The notes beneath the pieces are model-generated. The model searched no databases, was not told the origin of the DNA, and worked only from the letters and a program-made list of their open reading frames with translations. Positions 11,913 to 23,712 of a stretch of 64,000 nucleotides of DNA are shown here, piece after piece. Source of the stretch: Eledone cirrhosa (Eukaryota). The translations under genes were made by a program, and so were the position numbers. Within the stretch, counting starts at the first letter, position 1, and each line of letters opens with the position of its first letter. The stretch is taken from positions 216,938,001 through 217,002,000 of the forward strand of contig OZ024741.1 in NCBI GenBank assembly GCA_964016885.1, written 5' to 3'.

Positions 11913-12919
11913 TCGAGTTAAGTAACATCTTCTGTCGAATTAAGTAAGACCTTATGTCAAGTTAAGTGACATCTTCTGTCCTGTTAAATAACATCTTCTG
12001 TCGAGTTAAGTAACATCTTTTGTCGCGTGAAGTAACACCTTATGTCGAGTGAAGTAACATCTTCTGTCAAGTGAAGTAACATCTTCTGTCGAGTTAAGTA
12101 ACACCTTATGTCGAGTGAAGTAACATCTTCTGTCGAGTGAAGTAACACATTCTGTCGAGTTAAGTAACATCTGTCGAGTGAAGTAACACCTTCTGTCGAG
12201 TTAAATAACACATTCTGTCCAGTTAAGTAACATCTTCTGTTGAGTTAAGCAACATCTGTCGAATTAAGTTACATCTTCTGTTGAGTTAGGTAACATCTTT
12301 TGTCGAGTTAGGTAACATCTTCTGTCGAGTTAAGTAACATCTTTTGTCGAGTTAAGTAACATCTTTTTTCGAGTTAAGTAACATCTTCTGTCCAGTTAAG
12401 AAACATCTTCTGTTGAGTTAAGTAACACATTCTGTCGAGTTAAATAACACATTCTGTCGAGTGAAGTAACACATTCTGTCGAGTTAAACAACATCTGTTG
12501 AGTTAAGCAACATCTGTCGAATTAAGTAACATCTTCTGTTGAGTTAGGTAACATCTTCTGTCGAGTTAAGTAACATCTTCTGTCGAGTTAAGTAACATCT
12601 TCTGTCGAGTTAAGTAACATATTCGGTTGAGTTAAGTAACATCTTCTGTCGAGTTAAGTAACATATTCTGTCAAGTTAAGTAACATCTGTCGAGTGAAGT
12701 AACACATTCTGTCGAGTTAAATAACATCTGTCGAGTGAAGTAACACATTCTGTCGAGTTAAGTAACATCTGTCGAGTGAAGTAACACATTCTGTCGAGTT
12801 AAGTAACACCTTTTGTCGAGTTAAGTAACACATTCGGTTGAGTTAAGTAACATCTTCTGTCGAGTTAAATAACATCTTCTGTTGAGTTAAGTAACACATT
12901 CGGTTGAGTTAAATAACAC
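11913..12919 (+). repeat. Minisatellite with a unit of about 22 bp (GAGTTAAGTAACATCTTCTGTC) plus 19-bp variants
   Basis: About 1 kb of head-to-tail copies with no unique spacers. Confidence 0.95.
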
Positions 12920-13339
12920 GGTAATTTGACGAACACATTAAATACTAATCAGAAAAACATCAAAATATTTCAAGCGCAACATTTCTTTTTTTTACAAAAG
13001 ATGACGCCTCTCTGATTTCTAGATCTTTAATTCAAGCTTCAGTGACAAACAGAGGCTATAACGAAAATAATGATCACTATTAATTACTGTTTATCAGCAA
13101 CTAGGCGCAAAAAAATTACGATTCATGGATCAATGACACCACTTCTCTTTGTCACTGCATTTACCCTTGCGTTAGATATGCTAATGGGAGGGGGAGAAAG
13201 AGAGACAGGCAGTGGGAAAGTGTGGAGAGCTAATATGTGGTATATTTAAATGTTATAGAAATACAGGTGAGAAAAGCTTCCTCAAAACCAAAGGACGTTT
13301 TGAACAGAACAAAGTAGTGGCGTATATATATATATAAAT

Positions 13340-13881
13340 ATATATAAATGTAAGTATGTATACGTACATACATATATGTATACAGACGTACAGTAGTATG
13401 TATATATATACATACATGCACACATATATATATATGTACGTATGGGTTTACCGAACATTTATTATAATGTACGCCGTACAGTGTTCAGGCAACCATCGTC
13501 GCCTTTTTTTTTATACATACTTACATTTAAGTATCAGCCGTACTAAGAGTGAGAAATGAAATTTCATTTCATTCTTTTCCATTTATCGTTTTCGGTGCGC
13601 CCGGCCGACTAACTCACTCGATATGCAAATTAGGCTGCTCAGCCGTTAATATGCATAAGGAAAGTATATACTTTCAGACGTTCAATCATCTGGCAGGAAG
13701 GTATATGATGCTGAAGATAGCTAATAAGCTTGAAACTAGTACATCGTTCCTTTGTCAGTGTTGAACAAAAAGGCGACGATTGTTGCCTGAACACTGTACG
13801 GCGTAATTCGGGCTTTGTTTGTTTACAAACAAACCGAACATTATAATAAATGTTCGGTAAACCCATATGTACATATATATA

Positions 13882-13919
<38 letters not shown>

Positions 13920-14025
13920 CTACTGTACGTCTGTATACATATATGTATGTACGTGTACATACATACATTTAAGTATCAGCCGTACTAAGAGTGAGAATAA
14001 AATTTCGTTTCATTTTTTTTCCATT
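13340..14025. repeat. Inverted/direct mosaic of a dispersed repeat (also at 63410-63570)
   Basis: 13350-13508 is inverted at 13767-13965. 13515-13582 is repeated directly at 13960-14025. Confidence 0.7.
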
Positions 14026-14064
<39 letters not shown>

Positions 14065-14366
14065 CGTTTCTGAAAATTTGTTTAGCAAGATTCTTTATCT
14101 GAAAACGTGTGTTGAAACCGATATTGTTATGCTTTGGGAGGGTCATGTTGCCAATAAGAAGTTTTTATATGTGTTCAGGCAACCATCGTCTTCCTTACGG
14201 GGTCGATAAAATAAAGTACCAGTCACGCACTGGGGTCGATTTTATCGATTTCCCCTCCCCAAAAAATTGCTGGCCTTGTGCCTATAGTAGAAATCCTTAT
14301 TTTACACTCAAAGACAAGATGGCGTAGGACAGAACAAAGGAGAGGCACAAAAACAAAGAAAATAAT

Positions 14367-14442
14367 CTCCAGCCACTGAAGATGTCACAGAATGTGTGAC
14401 GAAAGAACTTTGACAATATATGAACAACTGTCCGGTTATGGA
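14367..14442 (+). ncRNA. Degenerate hammerhead-like motif
   Basis: CUGAAGA-uGUCAC(agaaugu)GUGAC-GAAA...GUC-cgguuaugga. Stems I and III are imperfect. Confidence 0.4.
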
Positions 14443-14558
14443 ACCAACCAAACGGAAATTTATAAATTCTTAAATTTATGAATTTAATTTATAATAAATT
14501 GGAGTGAAAGCAACTGGTGCGTGTGTTTCTTATTGGCAACATGACCCTCCCAAAGCAT

Positions 14559-14646
<88 letters not shown>

Positions 14647-14653
<7 letters not shown>

Positions 14654-14746
14654 CTTCTACAGGACTAGAACTGTTTCATTCGGGAGAAATCATCACCTGG
14701 TTATTTCTCCCGAATGAAACAGTTCTAGTCCTGTAGAAGCCTTTCT
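14647..14746. repeat. Perfect inverted repeat with about 44-bp arms and a 12-nt loop, built from a hammerhead 3' half
   Basis: agaaaggcttctacaggactagaactgtttcattcgggagaaat-catcacctggtt-atttctcccgaatgaaacagttctagtcctgtagaagcctttct. Confidence 0.9.
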
Positions 14747-14877
14747 ATATAAATATTTATACTCTGCTTTGTATTGAGTACCTTACTTACTGTGGTTACC
14801 CCCGATTGAACCCGGAATAAACTTATATATATATATAACAGGAGACTGGACTGGTGTAAATCCTTGAAAGGTTTATT

Positions 14878-14935
14878 ATACTATGATCATTTCAATGACC
14901 GGGTTCCATATGAATCCGGTGATATCATCAGGTAT
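14878..14935 (-). ncRNA. Minimal type I hammerhead motif
   Basis: Minus strand: AUAC-CUGAUGA-uaucACCGG...CCGGUcauu-GAAA-UGAUCA-UA-GUAU. Palindromic stem III. Confidence 0.65.
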
Positions 14936-16333
14936 TCGAAATATAACAAAGGAATATGTAAAAACCATGGGTCCGAAAAATCAGAGACAGAGAGGACGAC
15001 TGACCAACTAGCCGCTTTCACCTAGGCCAGTCGCCCTCAAAGTGATGGCAACTCAGTCTACTAATGACCATCTGGTGAGGTGGAGAAGGCTTATAATGTA
15101 CTACCACCTCTCCATCAAAGAATAAAAAAGGGGAAGAAAGAAAGAAAGAAAGAAAGAAAGAGAGAAAAAAAAAGAAAAAAAGAAAGAAAGAAGTCAGCGT
15201 AAGGGTCAAGCTAGAAAACGCCGCGAAAAACGTTATTCTAAAGAATCTATATTTTAACAAAGGCATATATAATGGGTGTCTGTATGGTCTAATGTGTGAA
15301 CAGAAATTTGGAACGTTAAACTTATTTTACGAGTTATAGGATGAAATTAAATTAAAAAATAATAAATTGAAAATTGGAAAATAAATAAAAAATTATTTAA
15401 TGAACTTACAGAGATAGTCTCATATGAAAAAGTTAATCTCGATAAGATATCAGGGTGAGACAAAGATTAAAGCCTTCGAATGTGAATCCCAGCCAGCACC
15501 TCCTAACCACGTGTCAGCCAGTTTCGAGTGGTATCGTCCAGCGAAAGAAATGGAAATTAATTTTTCCGAGTACTCAGGAACGTAGCTACCTTAAGCCCCG
15601 GGTGTGCTAGCGGGAAGTCTACAATTTCGACAGGCCATCGTCAATACCAAACGAATACTATTAATTCACACATGAGGGGTTTATTTACGTGCCAGTAGAG
15701 GCATGATACAGCTAACAGTTATGCCTAAGCCTAGAGTTTATAGGTATAAGTATAATATGGCGGTCAAAACAGGCGACGCGGCGCGCCCGGGGCAAGGCAA
15801 CCACTCCGAGTAATTTCGTTAACCAAAAAAGGGGAAATTTATTTTTCCAAGCACTCAAGGAAGGCTGAACTTTCCGAGAGATCATCGCGCAGCCGGGAAA
15901 AGCCACCACATCAATCGAAGGTAGCAAAACTAAATAAAGAGTGCAAATAGACTATAATTATTTTAAAGTCCCAGTTAGTCCGGGTTATAAGTAGTGTGGT
16001 TCTTTGGTGGGTAGGGGCTATGAAAGGTGCATAATGACCTGAGTAAGGAAAGTTACAAATAAATAAAAGTAGGATACAAAGATAAAATACAAAGATAAAG
16101 AAATACATTGATAAAAATAAAAAGTCTTCATAGCTAGGGTAGTGATGTAGTAAGACAGAAGTATGGAAGAGCATATCGGAGGAATTAGAGCAAAGGGGAA
16201 ATACAATAGATCGAGTTGCCATCACTTTGAGGGCGACTGGCCGAGGTGAAGACAGCTAGTTAGTCAGTCGTCCTCTCTGTCTCTGATTTTTCGGACCCAT
16301 GGTTTTTACATATTCCTTTGTTATATTTCGAAT
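14935..16333. repeat. Inverted repeat pair of about 120 bp (14935-15055 vs 16212-16333) bracketing an unclassified element
   Basis: Near-identical reverse-complement arms. Adjacent to a PLE hammerhead. Confidence 0.7.
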
Positions 16334-16861
16334 TATTTTTATTTATAATTAACTCCGTATTCGACCCACCAACTACACAAACGAAGACGGGTGAACTGCA
16401 CTACGTTGAGTACTCTCCACAATATTACACCAAGATTGACCATACGGAATGACCAATTCTATCCAGTGGTGAACCAACAAACCTAAAGATATATATATAT
16501 ATACGACTACTGTGTGTGTGTGTGTGTTAAAGGCGCGCATTGGTCACTATAACCATAATTTTGCACCTAGAAAGTTCCTCTCCAAGGTATAAGTCTGAGC
16601 AAGGTTTCTGTGTAGAAGACCAGTAGTCACCCATGTATACCAGTCTCCTCTCACCACGCCACCGATGTTGTCCAAGGGAAAGGCAATGGCCGATACAGCT
16701 TGGCATCAGTGACGTAAACTGAAGCAACATGAAATAAAGTGTCTTGCTATTTTAGTTTTTTTTTTTCCTTAGGACCCACGGAAATAGCGCTATTAATTAC
16801 ATGCAAAATGCAATCACTCAAACGTTTAGAACGTTTAGACTGATGAAATGACAAGTCAGTC

Positions 16862-17175
16862 AATCATATTGGTGTCCTCCCCAAAGCCCCGGCGGACAGA
16901 ATGGAGAAGGCGTTTCTCCGGAGGACGGCAAGGGAGACGCGCTGGAAAAGCCATTCCAACTCGCGTGGCTCACACCTGCGGCTGGCCAGCTCAGCGCCTA
17001 TGGTGGTGAGTAGGGTGGTAGCCCTAGGGCCGAGGACACCAGAAGTCTCCACTGCCAAGGGTACACCGCAAACCTCTCGGAGAGCGACCGATATTTGAAG
17101 AGTTTGGCCTCATCAGCTCGACGTGTAGCAGAACCTGGGTTAGTCGCAGACTGCACCAGGTTGCGGCTGGAGAAA
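16862..17175 (-). mobile_element. 3' fragment of a CRE-clade RLE non-LTR retrotransposon
   Basis: AVETSGVLGPRA...EPRELEWLFQRVSLAVLRRNA matches the ET.G..G...WL.QR.S.A..RGNA C-terminus typical of CRE elements. Confidence 0.75.
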
Positions 17176-17217
17176 CTGCTATTTTATGTTATCTTTTTTC
17201 CACCCCCTCTAATTTAG

Positions 17218-17506
17218 ATTCTTCCGCACCAAACCGTCTTGGAGAAAAATATCACCATTATTCCAGCCAAAGATGAGAAGATGATAACTGGATCGTTTCA
17301 GATCGATGACCCAGATCATGCTTCGGCAGAGGTATTTATTTGCCAAAGAGAGAACAACAGCCTTCCAGCTACAAGTGATTGCCTTACCAAGACTCCACTG
17401 AGACAGGTTCAAACTATAAAAGTCAATACTATTTACATGGTGACAACAGAATTACCAAAAACATGGAATTGTTCCAGTTGTGTCGTCCAGTGGATTCTGA
17501 AACAAT
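17218..17506 (+). CDS. Exon 2 of the host gene: degenerate chitin-binding type-4/AA15 LPMO-like core
   Basis: Polypyrimidine tract and tttag acceptor at 17216-17217. A phase-0 start gives ILPHQTVLEKN...HASAEVFICQ...TSDCLTKTPL...LPKTWNCSSCVVQWILKQ. The gtaaga donor at 17507 is phase 1. The F.C...T..CL...PL...LP....C..CV.QW pattern resembles the AA15 fold. Confidence 0.8.
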
Positions 17507-17534
17507 GTAAGAGTTCATTTATTATTTTACTGGC

Positions 17535-18230
17535 CCTTTACATTCTGGGTTCAAAGCCCGCCCAGGTTAGCTTTGCTTTTCATCCTTACGGGGTCGATAA
17601 AATAAAGTACCAGTAACGTACTGGGGTCGATTTTATCGATTTCCCCTCCCCCCAAAATTGCTGGCTTTGTGCCTATAGTAGAAATCGTTATTTTACAGAC
17701 TCATTACATTCTATATTCAAATCCCGCCCAGGTTAGCTTTGCCTTTCATCTTTACGAGGTCGATAAAATAAAGTACCAGTAACGTACTGAGGTCGATTTA
17801 ATTGACTTTCCCTTCCCCAAAAATTGTTGACCTTGTGCTTTAATTAGAAACCACTATTATTATTATTATTTGTCACTCAGTTCAAATCCCGCCGAGGTTA
17901 ACTTTGCATTTCATCTTTACGAGGTCGATACAATAAAGTACCAGTAATGCACTGGAGTTGATATAATCGACTTCCTCCTCTACATAGATTGTTGGCCTTC
18001 TGCCTAAATTAGAAACCATTATTTTACTGATTACGGTGGATTGGCAGTATCGGTAGAGGGTCGGACGACATGCTTTCCAGCATAGTTACGTCCCTTTACG
18101 ATCTGAGTTCAAATCCTGCCGAGGTTGACTTTGCCTTTCATCCTTACGGTGTCGATAAAATAAAGTACCAGTAATGCACTGGGTAATTGCTGGCCTTGTG
18201 CCTAAAGTAGAAACAATTATTTTACTGATT
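17535..18230 (+). mobile_element. Four tandem copies of an abundant SINE body
   Basis: Repeats ttcaaatcccgcc.aggtt.actttgcctttcatc.ttacg.ggtcgataaaataaagtaccag. Further copies occur near 600, 4420, 4900, 7380, 8370, 14195, 27110 and 63730. Confidence 0.85.
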
Positions 18231-18231
18231 A

Positions 18232-18810
18232 CATGCTGGGACAGTTCTTTTACTGGTTTCAGACTTTTGCCATGCTGGGGCACTGATCTTTTACTGTTCT
18301 CAGTCATTAGACTGTGGCCATGCTGGGGTACTGATCTTTTACTCGTCTCAGTCATTAGACTGTGGCCATGCTGGGGCATTAATCTTTTACTCGTTTCAGT
18401 CATTAGACTGAGGCCATCTGGAGCACTGATCTTTTACTGGTTACAGTTATTAGACTGTGGCCATGCTGGAGCACTGATCTTTTCCTGGTCGCAGTCATTA
18501 GACTGTGGCCATTCTGGGGTACTGATCTTTTACTGGTCTCAGTCATTAGATTGTGGCCATGCTGGGGCACTTATCTTATACTGGCTTCAGTCATGTGACT
18601 GTGGCCATGCTAGGCACTGGTTTTGTACTGGTTTCAGTCTTTAGACTGAGGCCATGCTAGGCACAGATCTTTTATTGGTCGCAGTCATGAGATTGTAGCC
18701 ATGCTGGAGCAACGCTGTTTTACTGGTCTCAGTCATTAAATTGTGACCATGCTGGGACATGCTGATCTTTTACTGGTTTCGACTTTGATCATTCTGCAGC
18801 ACTGCTCTTT
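18232..18810 (+). repeat. Minisatellite with a 48-bp unit (CACTGATCTTTTACTGGTCTCAGTCATTAGACTGTGGCCATGCTGGGG)
   Basis: About 12 tandem diverged units. Period 18281 to 18329. Confidence 0.92.
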
Positions 18811-19269
18811 TCGCGGTCTCAGATTACTGCATGATCCCATATCATACTAGGAAATATATACTGACGTTTGGTGCTTAATCCTGTCTAAACCAGAGTTTAT
18901 TCATTGGAGTTTCAAACTAATAACCGATTAAGTAACATGAAATAACAACTATATATATATAATGTGTCAGAACCAACCAAGTCACAACCAAGCCATTAGT
19001 AGAGAAGGATGGCCAGACAAATTAACTTTCGTCTCTGAAGGAACACGTATGTGAAAATTAACTTTTCTTCGCCTCTCTATATTTTTTTGTTATTATCATT
19101 ATTTTCACTATTTGTACAAATATGCAACTCAACAATATTCTGCATATCCGCAATTGACAATGTATATAATGCTGAAACCGGTATTGTAAATAAATTAATG
19201 CTTTGAAATTTCACTAAAAAAATCTCTTCAACATTTTCTACTGAAAAAATCTTTTTCCTTTCTACTATT

Positions 19270-19348
<79 letters not shown>

Positions 19349-19397
19349 GAGTTGGATGTGTATATATATGTAATATATTTAATTGTTTATATTCCAG

Positions 19398-20044
19398 CAC
19401 CAAAACAGGAGAACGCTACTACCAAGGAATATGTCAAATGTTATAAGATGTCGTATTCTATGGCAGACAAACCCACACCCGCTGTTCCCTTCACCCCCAC
19501 AAATGGCACTGACTTCCCGATGGCTATGCATTATCCAATGCACCACATTCCCTACGCCCCCTATATGCAAAACTACGGTTGGTGTGGTGGCTACGGATGG
19601 TATTCCCACGTCCCTGGCATCCAACACTGGTGTGGAAACAACTGTATGGGTGGCTACTGCCCAGGAACCCACTGCGCGTGTAACGGACACTGCAACGTAC
19701 ACACAGGCCTCTACCATGTTCCTGGCATGAATTACTGGTGCCACAACAACTGCCATTGGGGTCACTGTCCCGCAAGCCACTGTAACTGTATGTATAATCT
19801 CGAGATGCCGGAGTCATCTGACGAATCAGTAAAAGAAGCAGATGGAAACGTAGTACCAAAAGGGCCAAAATCACCCAAAGGACCTTCGGCTTCTCCAACA
19901 AATACCCCAACTGTAGACCCAACAGATTCAGAAGACTCAAACGATGAAAGCGACCTCTTCAAGGGGTGGTATGATCAACGGAAGTTCCAACAAGACAAAC
20001 TGAAGCGACAACGACTTTACGTCATTCAGATGTACTTTCGATAA
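19398..20044 (+). CDS. Exon 3 (terminal) of the host gene: end of the LPMO-like domain, Met/His/Pro/Tyr/Gly-rich linker, two Cys-rich modules, acidic/Pro tail
   Basis: ttccag acceptor at 19396-19397, phase 1 (T+CA=Ser), matches exon 2. Contains repeats HVPGIQHWCGNNCMGGYCPGTHCAC and HVPGMNYWCHNNCHWGHCPASHCNC. Stop TAA ends at 20044 and AATAAA is at 20075. The three exons sum to 1047 nt = 349 codons. Confidence 0.85.
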
Positions 20045-20074
20045 ATATTTTCAGCTTCCCTCATTTGTTGCGAA

Positions 20075-20080
20075 AATAAA
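20075..20080 (+). terminator. Candidate polyadenylation signal of the host gene
   Basis: AATAAA about 30 nt after the stop codon. Confidence 0.4.
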
Positions 20081-20760
20081 GTTTTAAATTTAAAAATTAC
20101 TTAAAAGCCAAACAACGCATGTGATGAAAACATGAAAGCATAGTTTTATTCAAAATTTCGGTCTTAAAAGACTCTTTTCAAAAGAATAGGTTTCAATAAG
20201 TCAGTATTGAAGTTGTGTTGTTTTTTAACGGACTAAAACAAGTGACTGTCCTCAATAGATAACGAGATTTTTTCCCCATTTTTTTTTATCTATTTCTTGT
20301 TTATTAAATATTTTATGGAATTTTATATTCTTTAATTAAAGAAATATTTTATTGGTCAAAATGTATAATTTGCTCGGCTTTTTAATGAATGCAACAATAA
20401 AAACTATAAAAAGCACAATCCTGTTTATTTTATTAAATCTCAATATTCTCTCGTTCCATTTCCTAACATTGTTTTTGGTTTTGTGCGTTTGTGTTTTTGT
20501 TTACCTAACATTCCACGGACAGTACAAAACTGCAAACACTGCATATGGCCTTCAGCAGCATACATCTGCAACAACTGTACATGGCACTGGACAACACACA
20601 ACTGCATATTCCCTTGAACAGCACATAAATGCAACAGCTGCCTTTCATACTTTTGAGATAGATAAATAAAGTTCCAGTCATGTACAGAGGTTGATTCTTC
20701 CTCTATTTCTCTTTAGCACTTTCTCTCGCTCTCACTTCTGCTCAGGAAGAAATCGGCTGT

Positions 20761-20992
20761 GATCCAACCTAAAGAGGGCTGGGCTACGCCAGGTTTTAAA
20801 ATACCCAAGACACGGCGTATATCATAACATCGCTCTTATGATTCCGACATAAAGCGAGGTGGGCTACCCCAGGTTTAAAATACCCTAGCCATGGCGTATA
20901 TCATAACATCGCTCTTAAGATTCCGACCCAAAGAGCGGTGGGATACCCCAGCTTTTAAAAGCCACGGCGTATATCAAAATGGCGCTCTTATT
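20761..20992 (+). repeat. Three tandem units of about 79 bp
   Basis: gat(t)cc.ac..aaag...gggctac.ccagg.tttaaaataccc...ca.ggcgtatatcataacatcgctctta starts at 20761, 20840 and 20919. Confidence 0.85.
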
Positions 20993-21404
20993 ACTCCCTC
21001 AAAAGCTATAGCTCCTTTACCTATTTATCTGCGAGCGGTGAAGTAAAAACAAACTGAGTTTTGTAAGTGGATAGTGTCTTATGTGAAAAGCATCGACTCG
21101 TATCAAGTATCAAATGAACAGGAATTGTATGTATGTGTGTATGTATGTGTGTATGTATGCATGGAAGTATGTATGTATGTTATATGTATGTATGCATGTA
21201 TGTATATATGTATGTATGTATGTTATATGTATGTATGTTATATGTATGTATGTATTTATGTATGTATGTTATATGTATGTATGGAAGTATGTATGTATAC
21301 ATGTATGTATGCATGTATATATGTATGGAAGTATTATTATGTATGTATGAATGTATGTATGTTATATGTATGTTATATGTTATCTCTTTCTCTTAATTTC
21401 GAGT

Positions 21405-23712
21405 ATATTTTTTTTGACCGGCCACCTTCCTGGTGGCAAGGTTGTAAAAGAAAAGAAATTGTCATCCCTTTAATCGGAAGAATGTTTTGCAAATTTTGAA
21501 GGTGCCAGCTATCGCAGCCATTTGTAGACTATGAATTAGGGAGCTGCGCTTTTTGTCCGCAAATCCAAGTTCAGTCATACTTTGGTCCAAGCGGGTTGGT
21601 ATATAACCCGTAGCGCCAATAATGATGGGTATGAAGCTAAAGCTGTATCTTGGATACTGGATTTGTAAACTCCTCATCATCAATGGTCCGTAGATGTCCT
21701 CCTTCTCCTGTATTTTTCTGACAACGTTTACATCAAGTGGGCAGCTGATCTCCACAACAGAACACGTTTTCAATGTGTGGTCCCAAACAACAATATCAGG
21801 CCGGTTGTGCTTTAATTTGGTTTTTATTTTCAGGTTCCACCAGTATTCCTTAGTGCCATCTGTCTCAATATATTCTTCCTCGTTTGTTGTTAATTTTGTT
21901 TTCCGAAGTGCGTTCCAGATGGTTCTAGCTATCCCATCGTGTCTCTTGGGGAGGTAGTAGCGAGAAGACATTCTTTCGCAGCTGGCAACAATGTGGCTTA
22001 CATCCTCGATTTTTGTTTTACATAGCCTACATTTATTGTCAGCTGCTGGCCCTCCCCTTTTGTGCAGCAGATATTTGGTAAGGAGTTCTTGTTCCTGTAT
22101 TGCATAGAGATATCCCTCAAGGTGTGATGTCATAAACTTGTCGGAACTCCATGCCAGGCTTTTTGAGTGGTTTATCCCCTCTATGGTCTGTGTTTTACGC
22201 CTCAAGTATCCATGCACAACTTTTTCTGTAAATTGGTCAATTTTTTTTATCTTGTTTGAACATTGAATAGGATCTTCCGATTTCTCTGGGTGAGAGATTT
22301 ATATCAGGCTTTATTCGATATATCTCCTCCAGATCAGTCGCTATTCTAATGATATTTTTTTTTTCATGCTCATAAACCTGGGCAAGATGGTTGCCAACCT
22401 TTTTCCTCTGTTGAAGGTGTTGCTTCAGTGTTACTATCCGGGTCTCATATGTTGTTAATATTGATTTTAGACCCCGGCCACCTTCCTTGCGTGAGAAGTA
22501 TAGCCTATCCACATCACCATTGATGTTAAAGTTCCCAGTAACACTGAGAAGTTTTCGAGTTCTAACATCCATCTCACTTAGTTCTTGCAATGACCAGTTC
22601 AGCAGGCCAAATGTTGGCGTTAGAATTGGCACAGCATAAGTATTGTGGGCAATGTATTTGTTGTATGCTGGCAGTTCTGATGACCATATTTTCTTTACTC
22701 TTCTGAGGTATTCAGTTCTGGTTCTCTCCTTATTTATGGGTCCATCATATCTGATAGTCTCATCCTGTCCAAGATATCTGTATTTGTCACCTGACTGTCG
22801 AGGTTGTATTGTCAGGCCGTTCATCTCTAGATTTCAAGAGGAGGTCACAGCTCTTCCACGTTTTACTGCCAAATATGCACACTTGGACTCACCAAATTTC
22901 ATTTTGATGTCGGTTGAAAATTGTGTAATGAGGTCCAATTGTTTCTTGATGTCATTGATATTTGGCCCATACAACTTCAGGTCATCAACAAAGAAAAGAT
23001 GGGAGATACTTCTGGGCCCACTTCTTTGTCCACCTTGTTTCCTGAGTAGGTAAGTTAGTGGAGTCAGTGAGAGAACGAAGAGTAGCACTGACAAGCTATC
23101 ACCCTGAAAGATGCCCTTCTGGTAATGTATCTTATCAGTCTTAACTTGCTCCTGCTCACCTCTAAGGATCAAATTGGTGTACCAGTTCTTGGTCAGGCGT
23201 TCAACAGAAGCTACCAATGGTTGTGGGACTTTAGCTAACTGTAAATCCTTAATAATCCACCCATGAGGTACACTATCAAATGCTTTTTGATAGTCCAGCC
23301 ACACCACAGTCATGTTTCTGCGATTCTTTGTTGTTTTTTCCTGAATCATTTTGTTAGTTAGTAGGTGACCTATGCAACCCCACACCTCCCTCTTTCCACC
23401 AGCTTTCTCAGGTGTTATGATGTTGTTGGTAGCACAGTGATCCTGTAAGAACAGGTTAAGGCACCCAGTATATAATTTATACATGATGTTTTGGCAGGCT
23501 ATTGGGCGGTAATTTTTAGCAAGGGTGGTTTGGCTATTTTGGGGAATGAGGAGAGTAGTGGCAGTTGAAAACCATCTGGGAAGTTCTTGTGTGCCTTTAA
23601 TGGTTTCTGTAAACAGCCGTATGAGATCTTGCCGATAGAAAGTGAAATTCTTCAACCAGTATCCTGTAATGAGGTCTGGGCCTGGCGATTTCCTATTCGA
23701 CATTTTCTGTAG
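21405..23712 (-). mobile_element. 5'-truncated, frameshifted R4/Dong-type RLE LINE (family C)
   Basis: KSPGPD, YRPIAC, DYQKAFDSVPH, FQGDSLS, HLFFVDDLKL, CRLC...HIVASC, RHD and RPDIVV across three ORF pieces. Confidence 0.92.

Noticed and set aside
11913-12919. CRISPR-like appearance of the 22-bp repeats (and of the 48-bp array at 18232)
   Set aside because: No unique spacers, no cas genes and a eukaryotic context. These are plain minisatellites.
15000-15090. Further hammerhead in the 14935/16212 inverted arms
   Set aside because: A GAAA...GUC half is visible on the minus strand but there is no acceptable CUGANGA-type core.
16846-16870. CTGATGA hammerhead core
   Set aside because: No stem II, downstream GAAA or stem I pairing. 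It lies at the end of the CRE fragment.
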